Shown: positions 45,201 to 53,745 of the stretch, piece after piece | Layout of the letters: every line of letters begins with the position of its first letter | How positions within the stretch are numbered: the first letter of the stretch is position 1 | The notes under the pieces: model-generated | What the model was told of the DNA's origin: nothing | Databases searched by the model: none | What the model saw: the letters and a program-made list of their open reading frames with translations, nothing else | Position numbers and translations under genes: made by a program | Assembly (NCBI GenBank): GCA_903916595.1 | Contig: CAIWXI010000049.1 | Coordinates: 23,396-87,395, forward strand | From: an uncultured Bacteroidales bacterium | GTDB lineage: Bacteria > Bacteroidota > Bacteroidia > Bacteroidales > FEN-979 | Length of the DNA: 64,000 nt | Reading direction: 5' to 3'

Positions 45201-46357
45201 AGTTCATCCCCCTTCGAAATGATCTCTGCCTCCCCAATGTTGCGGCAATAAGCATTCCCCTTAGTAAAATGAGAAGTGTCAAATAAATTTAGCGGAAGTT
45301 TTTTTCCTGAAGAGCTGTCGAACTGCCCGTCGAGCATCCTTGATTCAATACAGGCTTCTTCCTTCTCGAAATCGAATGTGACCAGCTGAACCTCAGCACA
45401 GGGAATCATCTGGAGAATACTCTTCATGGCCAGCTCATCAACGGCATGTTCATTCATTTTCGACCGCATGATGGCATGATCCATTTTACGCAGCACTTCG
45501 AGCCTCTGGTTTGCCCTGTTTAGTTCAGACAGGTTCTCCCTTAATGGGGTAAGGTCTTCAAACGTTGTGAATACCTGAAATGGCTTCTCCTCTCCGGGTT
45601 TGAACTGGGGTTGGGCATTCACATTGATCCAGGAATATGTTCCGGTCCCGGGATTAAAAATTCCCATTACTGCTGCACTTTCCCTGCCTGTTTTCAAAGT
45701 GACCATCGCGGGATGTGTCTCGCCCGGGAAAGGCGAACCGTCTTCATGAATAGCATGCCAGCGGGGATCAACCGAGGTACGGCCTGCCATCTGGTCTGAA
45801 GTGAGTCCCAGAATACGTTCAGCAGCAGGGTTAGCCAGAAAGATCTGGCCTTCCGAATCCTGGTAAACAACTCCCTGGGCCATGGAAGCAAAAAGTGTCC
45901 TGTATTTTTCTTCGCTATCGTGCAGTAGAGTTTCTGCATTCTTCCGGTCCGAAACATCCCTTGTAACCCCTATAAATCCGCTCAGTTCTCCTTTGTCATC
46001 AAAAAGCTTTGATACTGAGTTTTCGAGCCATACCAGACTCTGGTCTTTTTTTATTGCCTGAATTTCAATGACCTTTGGCTGGCTTGTTTCTGTTATGCTT
46101 TTCGTCTTGATCCGGCTGATCAGGGATTCGAATGCCTGGCTAACCACGGGTACTGATGTGTCGGCAATAATAGTGTTTAGGTTCTGCCCGATCAGTTCAG
46201 CAGACTCGTATCCCAGCATTTTTTTTATGGAAGGGCTGAAATATCTGAAAATGAGATCCGGGTCGACAAACCAGATGACATCGAGGGTATTTTCAGCAAT
46301 CTTTGCAAGATGAATTTCAGCTTCCGTGCGGGAGAGCTCAAATTTAGTGTATGACAT
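42275..46357 (-). CDS. 1360-aa multi-PAS/GAF sensor histidine kinase
   Basis: Repeated PAS-like blocks and GAF-like segments, H-box FISVASHEFRTPLATI, HATPase (DQGIGIP, GTGLGLNIV). ATGA overlap with the downstream REC-HK gene. Confidence 0.85.
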   Translation of the reverse strand: MSYTKFELSRTEAEIHLAKIAENTLDVIWFVDPDLIFRYFSPSIKKMLGYESAELIGQNLNTIIADTSVPVVSQAFESLISRIKTKSITETSQPKVIEIQAIKKDQSLVWLENSVSKLFDDKGELSGFIGVTRDVSDRKNAETLLHDSEEKYRTLFASMAQGVVYQDSEGQIFLANPAAERILGLTSDQMAGRTSVDPRWHAIHEDGSPFPGETHPAMVTLKTGRESAAVMGIFNPGTGTYSWINVNAQPQFKPGEEKPFQVFTTFEDLTPLRENLSELNRANQRLEVLRKMDHAIMRSKMNEHAVDELAMKSILQMIPCAEVQLVTFDFEKEEACIESRMLDGQFDSSSGKKLPLNLFDTSHFTKGNAYCRNIGEAEIISKGDELLLQKGIKSVIGVPMIDNDRLIGVFALMANETNHFTPEDLQIAEDIANQILLNLRQRELYRRLQQDTTDLEKLVKVRTKELQAILNAVPDLLFRINRQGIFLELSSGDPNDLLLPANQFIGKSYGEVLPPEIAEIGLKALEEAFRTQEKVTFEYELLLHGELRSYEARNIVIAEDEALSIIRDITESKQAQHDLRWNESLLQKMASTSPLAFFVVDNRTDAILYFNHQFCEIWGITHLEQRMQTGELKNNDIIPDCLQVLKDVPAFAESCKPLQDEFNEVVIEDEIPFQDGRTIRRFSAQIRGEKNEYFGRLYIFEDISLRKTTEQFIRIQRDLASRHSTMTSMSEALSLSLTALLQIEGVDCGGIYLLDSAEGKLSLVAHHGLSAEFIAETSFYDHDSPQTALVKEGVVLYLNFSESELLLDPVMKKEGLRSLALLPMQYEGEVIGCINIGSKTRADFFDKIRFSLEALAIQIGGTISRINAETLLKRSQQNFQVLFDTIDDFMFILDAQGLIIRTNPVVRKRLGYSNEELNKMNVLEVHPPDRREEAGFIVGEMLAGRALFCPVPLITKEGILIPVETRVVMGKWDEKDVLFGISRDITEHLKAETALMMQSAAFESFALPIIITDPNGHITWANTAFLNLSGYEMEEILNLSPGELVKSGEQSKEFYKTFWETINTGMVWSGELINRKKDGTLYPEELTITPVLDQGGRISSFIAIKIDISSRKQYEESLRESIEKEKELSSMRSKFISVASHEFRTPLATIMATSESLLSYRHKMTEKQQDERFGKIKEQVVNLSKIIEEILSLSKLQTKERELEPELFDIPALTMNLIEEFRVQAGREIAIDFQSVPESIEVNLDKKNIQLVISNLLSNAIKYSISGNTIFVTLNANEEEVILTVRDQGIGIPEEEIKLLFTPFYRASNVANISGTGLGLNIVKESVQRHGGKITLKSKLKEGSLFKVSLPRTITNKSSV

Positions 46358-46446
46358 AAGCCGTATTTTGCCTCCTGCAAGATAAAAAAAAACTGTGGTA
46401 TAATATTAATAAGCATAAAAAAAATAGAATCGTCAGTCTTTTAATA

Positions 46447-46454
46447 TATTTTTG
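46447..46454 (+). promoter_or_regulatory. -7 box TAttTTTG for the HisKA_3 kinase/NarL operon
   Basis: 48 nt upstream of ATG 46503. Confidence 0.5.
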
Positions 46455-46502
46455 TCAGGAATTGGCGCAAACACCCCGGGGTTAATCGTGATTAATGGCG
46501 AA

Positions 46503-47546
46503 ATGGACTCATTACTGGAGAAATATACTTCCTTATATGATTCTGCTCTTGTGGGGCACTTCACTCTGAATAAACAGGGTATTATTTTAGAGGCAAATAT
46601 GTTTTTTGCCCGTTTGCTTGGCATCGACCGGCATTTGCTCCTTCACCGATCTGTGATGGACTTTGTTGCTTATGAATCAGGACCTGCTCTCTCCTCATGG
46701 CTCGACACTGCTGTACCGGGGCAGGACTCGACTTCTTTTGAACTTACTCTGAAGTCTGAAAACGGGTCTCTTTTCTATACACTGGCTGAGGGAAGAATTC
46801 CTGTAATCAGCGATGAATACCGGCTTACGGTAATCGACATGACATATCGCAGGCAGGCCGGGGAACGTATGGACAGTTTGACCCAGAAACTTCGTGATCT
46901 GTCGGCTCATATCGAAGCAGGGATGGAACAGGAAAAGAAGCGGATTGCACGTGAAATTCACGACGGCCTCGGGTCGTCTCTCTCGGCCCTGAAGATGGAA
47001 CTTTCGATACTCCACCGCCGTCTGGATCCTGAAAATGTTAATCAGGAGATTGAAAACCATATCCGGTCTATGTCGGCATTGGTTGAAGGAAGCGTGGAAC
47101 TGATACGGAAACTCGCAACTGAACTGCGACCGGAGGTTCTCGATGAACTGGGACTGATAGCAACCCTGGGCTGGTACACCAGCGATTTTAAGACGCGTAC
47201 CGGTATCATCACCGGTTTTAGCGTGTATCCAAAAGATTTCAAACTTGATCCTGTAATTTCAACTGCAGTCTTCAGGATATTTCAGGAGATCATGAATAAT
47301 ATAACAAAACATGCAGGAGCTACCAAGGTCACTATTTTCCTTCACAAGCGGCATCATCTGTTTCTGATGCGAGTGAGAGATAACGGGGTCGGCATCAAAG
47401 ACGAGGAACTGGAACATAAACGATCCTTTGGCATCATCGGTATGCAGGAACGCGTAAAACTTCTGAAAGGGCAGATAAAAATAACCGGGGTCAGGAACAA
47501 AGGTACGACTGTCGTACTGGAGATTCCAACACTACAAACTCATTAA
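46503..47546 (+). CDS. PAS-containing sensor histidine kinase, HisKA_3 (NarX/DegS-like) type
   Basis: H-box IAREIHDGLGSSLSAL, HATPase (NITKHAGAT, DNGVGI). Start moved to ATG 46503 because the track TTG 46452 is the end of a TAttTTTG box. Confidence 0.8.
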   Translation: MDSLLEKYTSLYDSALVGHFTLNKQGIILEANMFFARLLGIDRHLLLHRSVMDFVAYESGPALSSWLDTAVPGQDSTSFELTLKSENGSLFYTLAEGRIPVISDEYRLTVIDMTYRRQAGERMDSLTQKLRDLSAHIEAGMEQEKKRIAREIHDGLGSSLSALKMELSILHRRLDPENVNQEIENHIRSMSALVEGSVELIRKLATELRPEVLDELGLIATLGWYTSDFKTRTGIITGFSVYPKDFKLDPVISTAVFRIFQEIMNNITKHAGATKVTIFLHKRHHLFLMRVRDNGVGIKDEELEHKRSFGIIGMQERVKLLKGQIKITGVRNKGTTVVLEIPTLQTH

Positions 47547-48187
47547 TGAGCAAACCTATGATTGATATCCTGATTGTTGACGATCACGCGATTGTACGCG
47601 CAGGCCTGAATACCATTCTTGAGCTTGAAAAGGGATTTTCGGTAACCGGCATGGCAAAAAATACAGCCGAGGCCCTGAAGATTATTTCGTCGAAAAAGAT
47701 TGACGTGATGGTTCTCGACGTCTCACTCCCCGGTCGCAGCGGCCTTGAGATTATCAAGGAAGCAAAACAAATACAGCCTCTGCTTAAGATCATCATGCTT
47801 AGCATTTACCCCGAAGACCGCTTTGCAATACGCGCTTTAAAAGCCGGGGCTTCAGGTTACCTCACCAAGGAGATGGCGCCTGAAATGATTGTTGAGGCAA
47901 TCAGAAAAGTAAGCTCAGGAGGAAAATACATCACCCCTGTTATGGCCGAGAAACTGGCTGATGAACTCAACGAACTCTCCGAGAAAACACCTCATGAACG
48001 GCTATCTGACCGGGAATTTGATGTGATGTGTATGATGGGCTCAGGAAATTCACTGGTCGATATTGCCTTGAAACTTGGGATCAGCGACCGAACAGTAAGC
48101 ACTTACCGTACCCGTATCCTGAAAAAGATGTCGCTGAAAAACAATTCCGAAGTAATTCATTATGTGATTGATAACGGATTAATTTAA
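47546..48187 (+). CDS. NarL/FixJ (LuxR-type HTH) response regulator
   Basis: REC (ILIVDDH, VMVLDVSLPGRSG, GYLTK) plus a C-terminal LuxR HTH (LSDREFDVMCMMGSGNSLVDIALKLGISDRTVSTYRTRILKKM). 1-nt overlap with the kinase gene. Confidence 0.9.
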   Translation: MSKPMIDILIVDDHAIVRAGLNTILELEKGFSVTGMAKNTAEALKIISSKKIDVMVLDVSLPGRSGLEIIKEAKQIQPLLKIIMLSIYPEDRFAIRALKAGASGYLTKEMAPEMIVEAIRKVSSGGKYITPVMAEKLADELNELSEKTPHERLSDREFDVMCMMGSGNSLVDIALKLGISDRTVSTYRTRILKKMSLKNNSEVIHYVIDNGLI

Positions 48188-48277
48188 ATGCCATGAAACG
48201 GTTATTTACCCCCCCCCTATCCCGCTGAATTTTCACTTTCTTAGTTGTTTGTTGAAAACTTTTCATGGTTTCTGTAT

Positions 48278-48285
48278 TACCTTTG
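48278..48285 (+). promoter_or_regulatory. orphan -7 box TAccTTTG with no ORF downstream for ~220 nt
   Basis: Consensus match only. Confidence 0.35.
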
Positions 48286-48461
48286 CACCATTAAGCTGCG
48301 CGAAATCCTGAAGAATGCCGGGTTGCTCTGAACTTCCCGGGGGATGGCCGATGGCATCACCTTGTTAATATTGCGATTTCTTTCAGCACAGAACCCTGCT
48401 GATTGAATCCGCCATAATCCGTTATCTCACGCCCCATTAAGTTGTGATTCACGAAATATTG

Positions 48462-48469
48462 TATTTTTG
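48462..48469 (+). promoter_or_regulatory. -7 box TAttTTTG for the 88-aa/NTase cassette
   Basis: 37 nt upstream of ATG 48507. Confidence 0.5.
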
Positions 48470-48506
48470 CTTTGCTATCAGTCTAAACGAAGCTAATTGA
48501 TACAGT

Positions 48507-48773
48507 ATGGAAGGCGACGATCTGTTCCCCAGGGTTGATGAAACTATGGCGGAATACCTGAAGTCAGACAGGTACCGTAAATCTTCATCGGGGATAACTT
48601 TTTCAGACTTTGAAGGTCAGGAAGAAGCAAATTATGCATTCTGGCGGCGCCTTACCCCATCACAGAGAATAGAGTTGCATACCATCATGGTCAATTCCAT
48701 TTACAAAGACGCATCCAATAGAAATACAGGCAACCAGACTTTTGAAATTGTTTTTACTGATAAATCCATATGA
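48507..48773 (+). CDS. hypothetical 88-aa protein, first gene of a two-gene cassette
   Basis: Preceded by a TAttTTTG box 37 nt upstream and has an ATGA overlap with the next gene. No recognisable domain. Confidence 0.55.
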   Translation: MEGDDLFPRVDETMAEYLKSDRYRKSSSGITFSDFEGQEEANYAFWRRLTPSQRIELHTIMVNSIYKDASNRNTGNQTFEIVFTDKSI

Positions 48774-49237
48774 ATATATTTAATGAATTCCATCAACGGT
48801 TCCTGTTTGAATTACTGAAACATGAAGTGGATTTCATTGTAGTTGGTGGTTTATCAGTTGTTTTCCACGGATATATCAGAACAACCGGAGACATGGATTT
48901 GTGGATTCGTCCGACAAATGAGAATAAATTGAAATTACTGCCTGTTATTTCACAATTTGGCCTTACTCCGGATTCGATTGAGATGTTACAAAACAAGGAT
49001 TTCACACAAATGCTTGCATTTCATTTTAACCACCCTCCTGATAAGATCGAATTCCTTACTTCTGTTTCAGGACTTGAATTTGATGATGCATTCGTAAAGC
49101 GTGACCATCTGGCCATCGAAAATTTCGAAGTGCCATTCCTGAGTTTTGAAGATTTAATTATCAATAAAATGACTGCAGGAAGGCTTAAAGACAGAGCCGA
49201 TGTTGATGAGTTGCAAAAATTTCATCGTAAAAAGTAA
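48770..49237 (+). CDS. minimal nucleotidyltransferase-fold (pol-beta superfamily) protein
   Basis: GGLSVVFHGYIRTTGDMDLWI fits the G[GS]-x9-13-D-x-[DE] NTase motif. 155 aa. Confidence 0.6.
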   Translation: MNIFNEFHQRFLFELLKHEVDFIVVGGLSVVFHGYIRTTGDMDLWIRPTNENKLKLLPVISQFGLTPDSIEMLQNKDFTQMLAFHFNHPPDKIEFLTSVSGLEFDDAFVKRDHLAIENFEVPFLSFEDLIINKMTAGRLKDRADVDELQKFHRKK

Positions 49238-49276
49238 GCATTGAAGATTATTATCCGAATATTAAATCCATTACCT

Positions 49277-51535
49277 ATGCAATGCAGCCTGAAAATATTG
49301 CTACTCTCTGTTATTCTTTTTCTCGGCGGATGTGGGCATAAAGAAAAGCAAATTACCACCCTGCATATGCTCGAAGGGGGTAAGACCTTTGCTGTCCCCA
49401 CCGGAACTGCTGCCGATCAGATCGTGCTGAAGAAGATCCCCGATGCCAAATTCGAATATTACAACAGCATCCTCGACTGCTCCATTGCGGTAAAGGACGG
49501 CAAAGCCGATGCCGCAGCATACGACCTGCCGATACTGAACAATATTGCAGCCAAGAACGAGGGTTTGGTGGTGCTTCCGGAACTCATTATGGACGATCAG
49601 TATGGATTCGCAGTAAGGCTGGACGATAATGATCTTAAAAATACGATCGACCAGGTAGTTGCAGAACTCAGGTCCAACGGCACTTATGAAGCCATGAAAA
49701 AGCGATGGTTCCCCGAAAAGGGCGACCCGGCACCAATGCCGCTTTTCCCTTCGGACGGGAAGAACGGGACGCTGAATTTCGGTACCGCTGCAGTTACAGA
49801 ACCCATGTCGTTTTTCGATGCAAACAAACAGATTGTCGGATTCGATATTGAAATCGCTTCAAGGGTTGCCCAAAAACTGGGAAAGAAACTCATCATCACC
49901 GACATGGAATTCGGCGCCATGATCCCTGCCCTGATCTCGGGCAAAGCCGATATGATAGGAGCCGGACTTTCCATCACTGCCGAGCGTGCAAAGAGTATAC
50001 TGTTTTCCGAATGTTACTATAAAGGCGGGCTGGCAGTTATTGTCAGAGGGAAACCTGCATCATCCCCGGCAGTGGCAACAGGTTTGCTCAAAACCGTGAA
50101 TGACATCCATGATAAACGTATCGGCGTCCTGTTAGGCAGCATCCATGATGCCTATGCAACAAAAACCTATCCTAACGCCACTCTCCTTGAGTACCAGAAC
50201 GTTTCCGACATGCTGTTTGCCCTTAACTCCGACAAGGTCGACGTTATATTTATGGATGAATCATCGTTGAAAGAAGTCTTCAGTAAAAACCCTGACCTGG
50301 GAGTCCTTGACCCAAGCATGTTCATAGTACCAATTGCGGCCGGATTCAATAGTGAAAATGACAGGCTCAGGGAACAGTTCAATGCGTTTTTGCGTGAAAT
50401 ACGAACGAATGGCATCTACAATGATATGGTTGACCGATGGATGAATAAAGGCCTGTCGGAAATGCCTGAAATAAAAACGCCAGCTACCAACGGAACTCTT
50501 AAACCAGGTATTGTGAGCGACCTCGGGCTGCCTTTCACAGTTATAAAAGACGGTCAGCTGATCGGATTTGATATTGAACTTTCAAAACGTTTTGCCGCAT
50601 ATGCCGGGAAAGGTTACGAACCGGTCGACCTTCCCTTCGCAAGCCTGCTCGCTTCAATTTCGACAAATAAGATCGACATCATAACCAGCTCGATGATGAT
50701 CACCGAAGAACGTAAAAAACAAATCGATTTTTCAGATCCATATTACGAATCTGGAGTGAGTGTGATCGCTCAGAAAAAGAATCTCGCAAAATATGCAGGG
50801 ACTGCCACATCCGCAGACAAAAGAACATTTGCAGAGAAGATGTCCGATAGTTTTTACAACAACATCATTTTCGAAAAGAGGTACCTCCACATCATTAACG
50901 GCCTCTATGTTACTTTGGTCATATCGATCTTTGCCGCATTGTTCGGGACTCTGGTTGGCGCACTGATTTGTTTCATGCGGATGTCAAAGCGCATGATCCT
51001 TTCAGCCACGGCCAGGGCCTATATCTCGGTGCTTCGCGGAACTCCGGTGCTGGTGTTGCTGATGATCATCTACTACGTGGTGTTTGCTTCGGTGAATATC
51101 AATCCTGTGCTGGTGGCAATCTTTGCTTTCGGACTGAATTTCGGGGCCTATGTGTCGGAAATGTTCAGAACCTCGATCCAGAGCATTGACAACGGTCAGA
51201 AAGAAGCAGCCATAGCCGGCGGTTTTACCAAAGTGCAGACCTTTATATATATCATACTGCCCCAGGCTATGCGGCAGATCCTCCCGGTTTACAAGGGAGA
51301 ATTTATCTCTCTTATCAAAATGACATCCATCGTGGGGTATATCGCGGTACAGGACCTCACCAAGGCAAGCGACATCATCCGCAGCCGTACTTTCGATGCC
51401 TTTTTCCCTCTTTTTATGGTAGCCGTGCTGTATTTCCTCCTCGCCTGGCTGCTCACCTGGGCCCTGGGCTTAATTGAACTATCAGTCGATCCGAAAAGAA
51501 AACGTCAGAAAAGAGAAAAGGAGGCAGCAAGATGA
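49277..51535 (+). CDS. fused amino-acid ABC transporter: lipoprotein signal, two type-3 substrate-binding domains, permease domain
   Basis: Start moved to ATG 49277 ([19 protein letters not shown] lipobox). Two SBP_bac_3-like halves ([11 protein letters not shown].../[18 protein letters not shown] and [10 protein letters not shown].../[16 protein letters not shown]). C-terminal TMD with EAA-like loop ([31 protein letters not shown]). Confidence 0.8.
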   Translation: MQCSLKILLLSVILFLGGCGHKEKQITTLHMLEGGKTFAVPTGTAADQIVLKKIPDAKFEYYNSILDCSIAVKDGKADAAAYDLPILNNIAAKNEGLVVLPELIMDDQYGFAVRLDDNDLKNTIDQVVAELRSNGTYEAMKKRWFPEKGDPAPMPLFPSDGKNGTLNFGTAAVTEPMSFFDANKQIVGFDIEIASRVAQKLGKKLIITDMEFGAMIPALISGKADMIGAGLSITAERAKSILFSECYYKGGLAVIVRGKPASSPAVATGLLKTVNDIHDKRIGVLLGSIHDAYATKTYPNATLLEYQNVSDMLFALNSDKVDVIFMDESSLKEVFSKNPDLGVLDPSMFIVPIAAGFNSENDRLREQFNAFLREIRTNGIYNDMVDRWMNKGLSEMPEIKTPATNGTLKPGIVSDLGLPFTVIKDGQLIGFDIELSKRFAAYAGKGYEPVDLPFASLLASISTNKIDIITSSMMITEERKKQIDFSDPYYESGVSVIAQKKNLAKYAGTATSADKRTFAEKMSDSFYNNIIFEKRYLHIINGLYVTLVISIFAALFGTLVGALICFMRMSKRMILSATARAYISVLRGTPVLVLLMIIYYVVFASVNINPVLVAIFAFGLNFGAYVSEMFRTSIQSIDNGQKEAAIAGGFTKVQTFIYIILPQAMRQILPVYKGEFISLIKMTSIVGYIAVQDLTKASDIIRSRTFDAFFPLFMVAVLYFLLAWLLTWALGLIELSVDPKRKRQKREKEAAR

Positions 51536-52614
51536 TAAGGACAGAACATCTCTCAAAACATTTCGGCCCCCTGGTCGTGCTGAAAGATATCAATGCGGAA
51601 ATCAGCAAAGGGGAAGTCATTTCTGTGATCGGCCCCTCGGGAACGGGAAAAAGCACTTTTCTGCGTTGCCTGAACCTGCTCGAAGAACCTACCGGCGGCA
51701 GCATCTTTATTGATAATATACCCATGCTTGACAAGCATACCGATGTTCCCAAACTCAGGCAAAGGATGGGCATGGTATTTCAGTCATTCAACCTTTACGC
51801 TCATCTAACCGTTCTTGAGAACCTGACTATAGGCCCTATTAAATTACTTCGAAAGAAGAGAGCTGAAGCAGAAAGCAGGGCCATGGAACTCTTAAAGCTC
51901 GTCGGCCTGGCCGAAAAAGCAGGAAGTTTCCCTGATGAGCTTTCGGGCGGACAAAAGCAGAGGGTTGCCATAGCGCGCTGCATGGCCATGGACCCGGAGA
52001 TCCTGCTTTTCGACGAGCCAACTTCCGCCCTCGACCCCACCATGGTGAGCGAAGTGCTGGCCGTGATCAGGAGGCTTTCGAGGGAAGGAATGACCATGGT
52101 CATCGTGACCCACGAAATGGAATTTGCACGTAATATTTCAAGCCGTGTATTTTATATGGACGAAGGATTGATCTATGAAGAAGGACCTCCGGCTCAGATC
52201 TTCGACAATCCGCAGAAAGAAAAAACAAAAGCCTTTATTAACCGCATCCGCAGTCTTCATTCCCAAATCACCAGCAGGGATTATGATCTTTATGCCCTGC
52301 AGGGCGAGATGGAAAATTTTTGTGAAAAACACATGCTTTCGAAAAAAGTTTCGGGCTATGTGGCTCATATTGCCGAAGAAGTCCTTTGCCTGCAGAAAGA
52401 CTTCAGCGACATCAGACTGAGCCTGACTTATTCCGAGAAAGAAGGGACTGTTGAACTTGTATGCAGCAGTGCCGGTGTGCCGTTAAACCCCCTGGAGGAT
52501 GAGGAGCTGAAGGATGACATCGGTTTAAAACTGATCCGGGGCCGGTGTACGAGTGTGGAATATCGCCTCGAAGACGGGAAAAATATCCTTACCCTGAGAC
52601 TCAGGGATGAATAA
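51532..52614 (+). CDS. amino-acid ABC transporter ATP-binding protein with an extra ~110-aa C-terminal domain
   Basis: Walker [10 protein letters not shown], signature LSGGQKQR, Walker [14 protein letters not shown]-loop VTHEM. Residues ~250-360 have no counterpart in standard ~240-aa GlnQ-type ATPases. ATGA overlap with the permease gene. Confidence 0.85.
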   Translation: MIRTEHLSKHFGPLVVLKDINAEISKGEVISVIGPSGTGKSTFLRCLNLLEEPTGGSIFIDNIPMLDKHTDVPKLRQRMGMVFQSFNLYAHLTVLENLTIGPIKLLRKKRAEAESRAMELLKLVGLAEKAGSFPDELSGGQKQRVAIARCMAMDPEILLFDEPTSALDPTMVSEVLAVIRRLSREGMTMVIVTHEMEFARNISSRVFYMDEGLIYEEGPPAQIFDNPQKEKTKAFINRIRSLHSQITSRDYDLYALQGEMENFCEKHMLSKKVSGYVAHIAEEVLCLQKDFSDIRLSLTYSEKEGTVELVCSSAGVPLNPLEDEELKDDIGLKLIRGRCTSVEYRLEDGKNILTLRLRDE

Positions 52615-52644
52615 TCAGAACTTTCTAATCTGAAATTTGCACTT

Positions 52645-53088
52645 ATGAGAATACCATTGATCCAAAACATACGCCTTGCAGCCCTGCTGCTCGTTATGAC
52701 GTCGGTTGTACTTTCATGCAAACACAAATACGATGACCCTGTTCCGACTCCAACGCCTTTTGGTAGCTGGACCAAGGCATTTCCGGGCACCGAACCTTAC
52801 AACGCTCAGCTAAACCTGAAGTACGACGGAACCATGGCATAGATCATGCTCGACACACTTTCAACCCATACAAACAGCTATTGTAAAATCCAGGTCAGCG
52901 GTAGTCAGTTACGTTTTTATGATGATCCCGACTTTCCGGCAGAAGGCCTCTGCACCTGGGATCCCGACTGTACAGGGAACGGATATTATTCATATACCGT
53001 AGACGGCTCCGGTCTGAACATTACAATGCTTAAGGATTTTTGCCCTCCCAGAGCCCCGTCTTTCAGCGGCACATGGGCAAGACAATAA
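52645..53088 (+). pseudogene. small lipoprotein gene interrupted by one in-frame TAG (52840-52842)
   Basis: Track ORFs 52645..52842 and 52846..53088 are in the same frame and are separated only by TAG (…KYDGTMA*IMLDTL…). The N-terminus has signal peptide plus lipobox VVLS-C. TAG is one transition away from TGG (Trp). Confidence 0.6.
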
Positions 53089-53139
53089 ACTTCCATTATT
53101 ACCGATGGTACTTTGCCAGAGGATATTGTCTGATCCGTG

Positions 53140-53202
53140 TCATTGATTCCACTACAGATAATTCATTGATTCTACTACATCTTACTGCTTTTCATTGATT
53201 TA
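53140..53202 (+). repeat. three direct copies of TCATTGATT(C[CT]ACTACA) upstream of HU-2
   Basis: Copies at 53140-53156, 53163-53179 and 53192-53202. The last abuts the -7 box. Confidence 0.7.
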
Positions 53203-53208
53203 CCTTTG
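53201..53208 (+). promoter_or_regulatory. -7 box TAccTTTG for HU-2
   Basis: 29 nt upstream of ATG 53238. Confidence 0.55.
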
Positions 53209-53237
53209 GTTAATTATTAATCTCCAAACTTTATACC

Positions 53238-53528
53238 ATGACAAAGGCAGACATTATTACGAACATCGTAAAGCAGACCGGTATTGAAAAAGCTGCAGCA
53301 GAGGATGTAGTCAACACTCTTATGACTTCAGTGAAAAATTCCATGATTAAAGGAGAAAATGTTTATCTGCGTGGATTTGGCACTTTTGTTATAAGAAAAC
53401 GTCAGGAAAAAATTGGCAGAAACATTCCCCGAAAAACTTTTGTGACCATTCCGGCACATTCCACCCCCAGGTTCAAACCCTGCAAAACCTTCCTCAATAA
53501 AGTAAAACAGAATGTTGAAGTAGAATAG
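53238..53528 (+). CDS. hup: HU family DNA-binding protein (second paralog)
   Basis: 96 aa, collinear with the 3669..3959 protein (MTKADIITNIVKQTGIEK...VYLRGFGTFVIRKR...IPAHSTPRFKPCK). Roughly 60% identical by eye. Confidence 0.9.
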   Translation: MTKADIITNIVKQTGIEKAAAEDVVNTLMTSVKNSMIKGENVYLRGFGTFVIRKRQEKIGRNIPRKTFVTIPAHSTPRFKPCKTFLNKVKQNVEVE

Positions 53529-53557
53529 CAGCATTTTCAACCCTTCGCCATTTTTTC

Positions 53558-53565
53558 TATCTTTG
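53558..53565 (+). promoter_or_regulatory. -7 box TAtcTTTG for tRNA-Arg
   Basis: 10 nt upstream of tRNA position 1. Confidence 0.6.
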
Positions 53566-53575
53566 CACTTCCATT

Positions 53576-53647
53576 GGCCCTGTAGTTCAATGGATAGAAT
53601 GGAAGTTTCCTAAACTTTAGATGCAGGTTCGATTCCTGCCGGGGCTA
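53576..53647 (+). tRNA. tRNA-Arg (anticodon CCT)
   Basis: Hand-folded cloverleaf: acceptor GGCCCTG/CGGGGCT (two G-U pairs), D arm GTTC-AATGGATA-GAAT, anticodon arm GAAGT-TTCCTAA-ACTTT, 4-nt variable loop, T arm GCAGG-TTCGATT-CCTGC, discriminator A. No encoded CCA. A -7 box lies 10 nt upstream. Confidence 0.85.
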
Positions 53648-53660
53648 CAAATGTACATAT

Positions 53661-53699
53661 AAACCCTTGTTAAACAAGTCTTTACAAGGGTTTTTTCTT
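53661..53699 (+). terminator. intrinsic terminator after tRNA-Arg
   Basis: AAACCCTTGT-(13 nt)-ACAAGGGTTT followed by a T run. Confidence 0.75.
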
Positions 53700-53745
53700 T
53701 AAGGGTACACCGTTTTGCAACATTTCACAACATGCTTAACAAACA

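Noticed and set aside
48286-48445. Cobalamin riboswitch or SRP RNA in the orphan region after the NarL gene.
   Set aside because: GCGCGAAATCC weakly resembles part of the B12 core, but the B12 box and the remaining helices are absent and the downstream genes are unrelated to cobalamin. No SRP helix-8 motif is present.
52840-52842. Pyrrolysine or programmed read-through at the in-frame TAG.
   Set aside because: There are no pyl genes or a PYLIS-like context in the window, and such recoding is not expected in Bacteroidota. A nonsense mutation or a sequencing error is the simpler explanation; read-through is left only as something to test.
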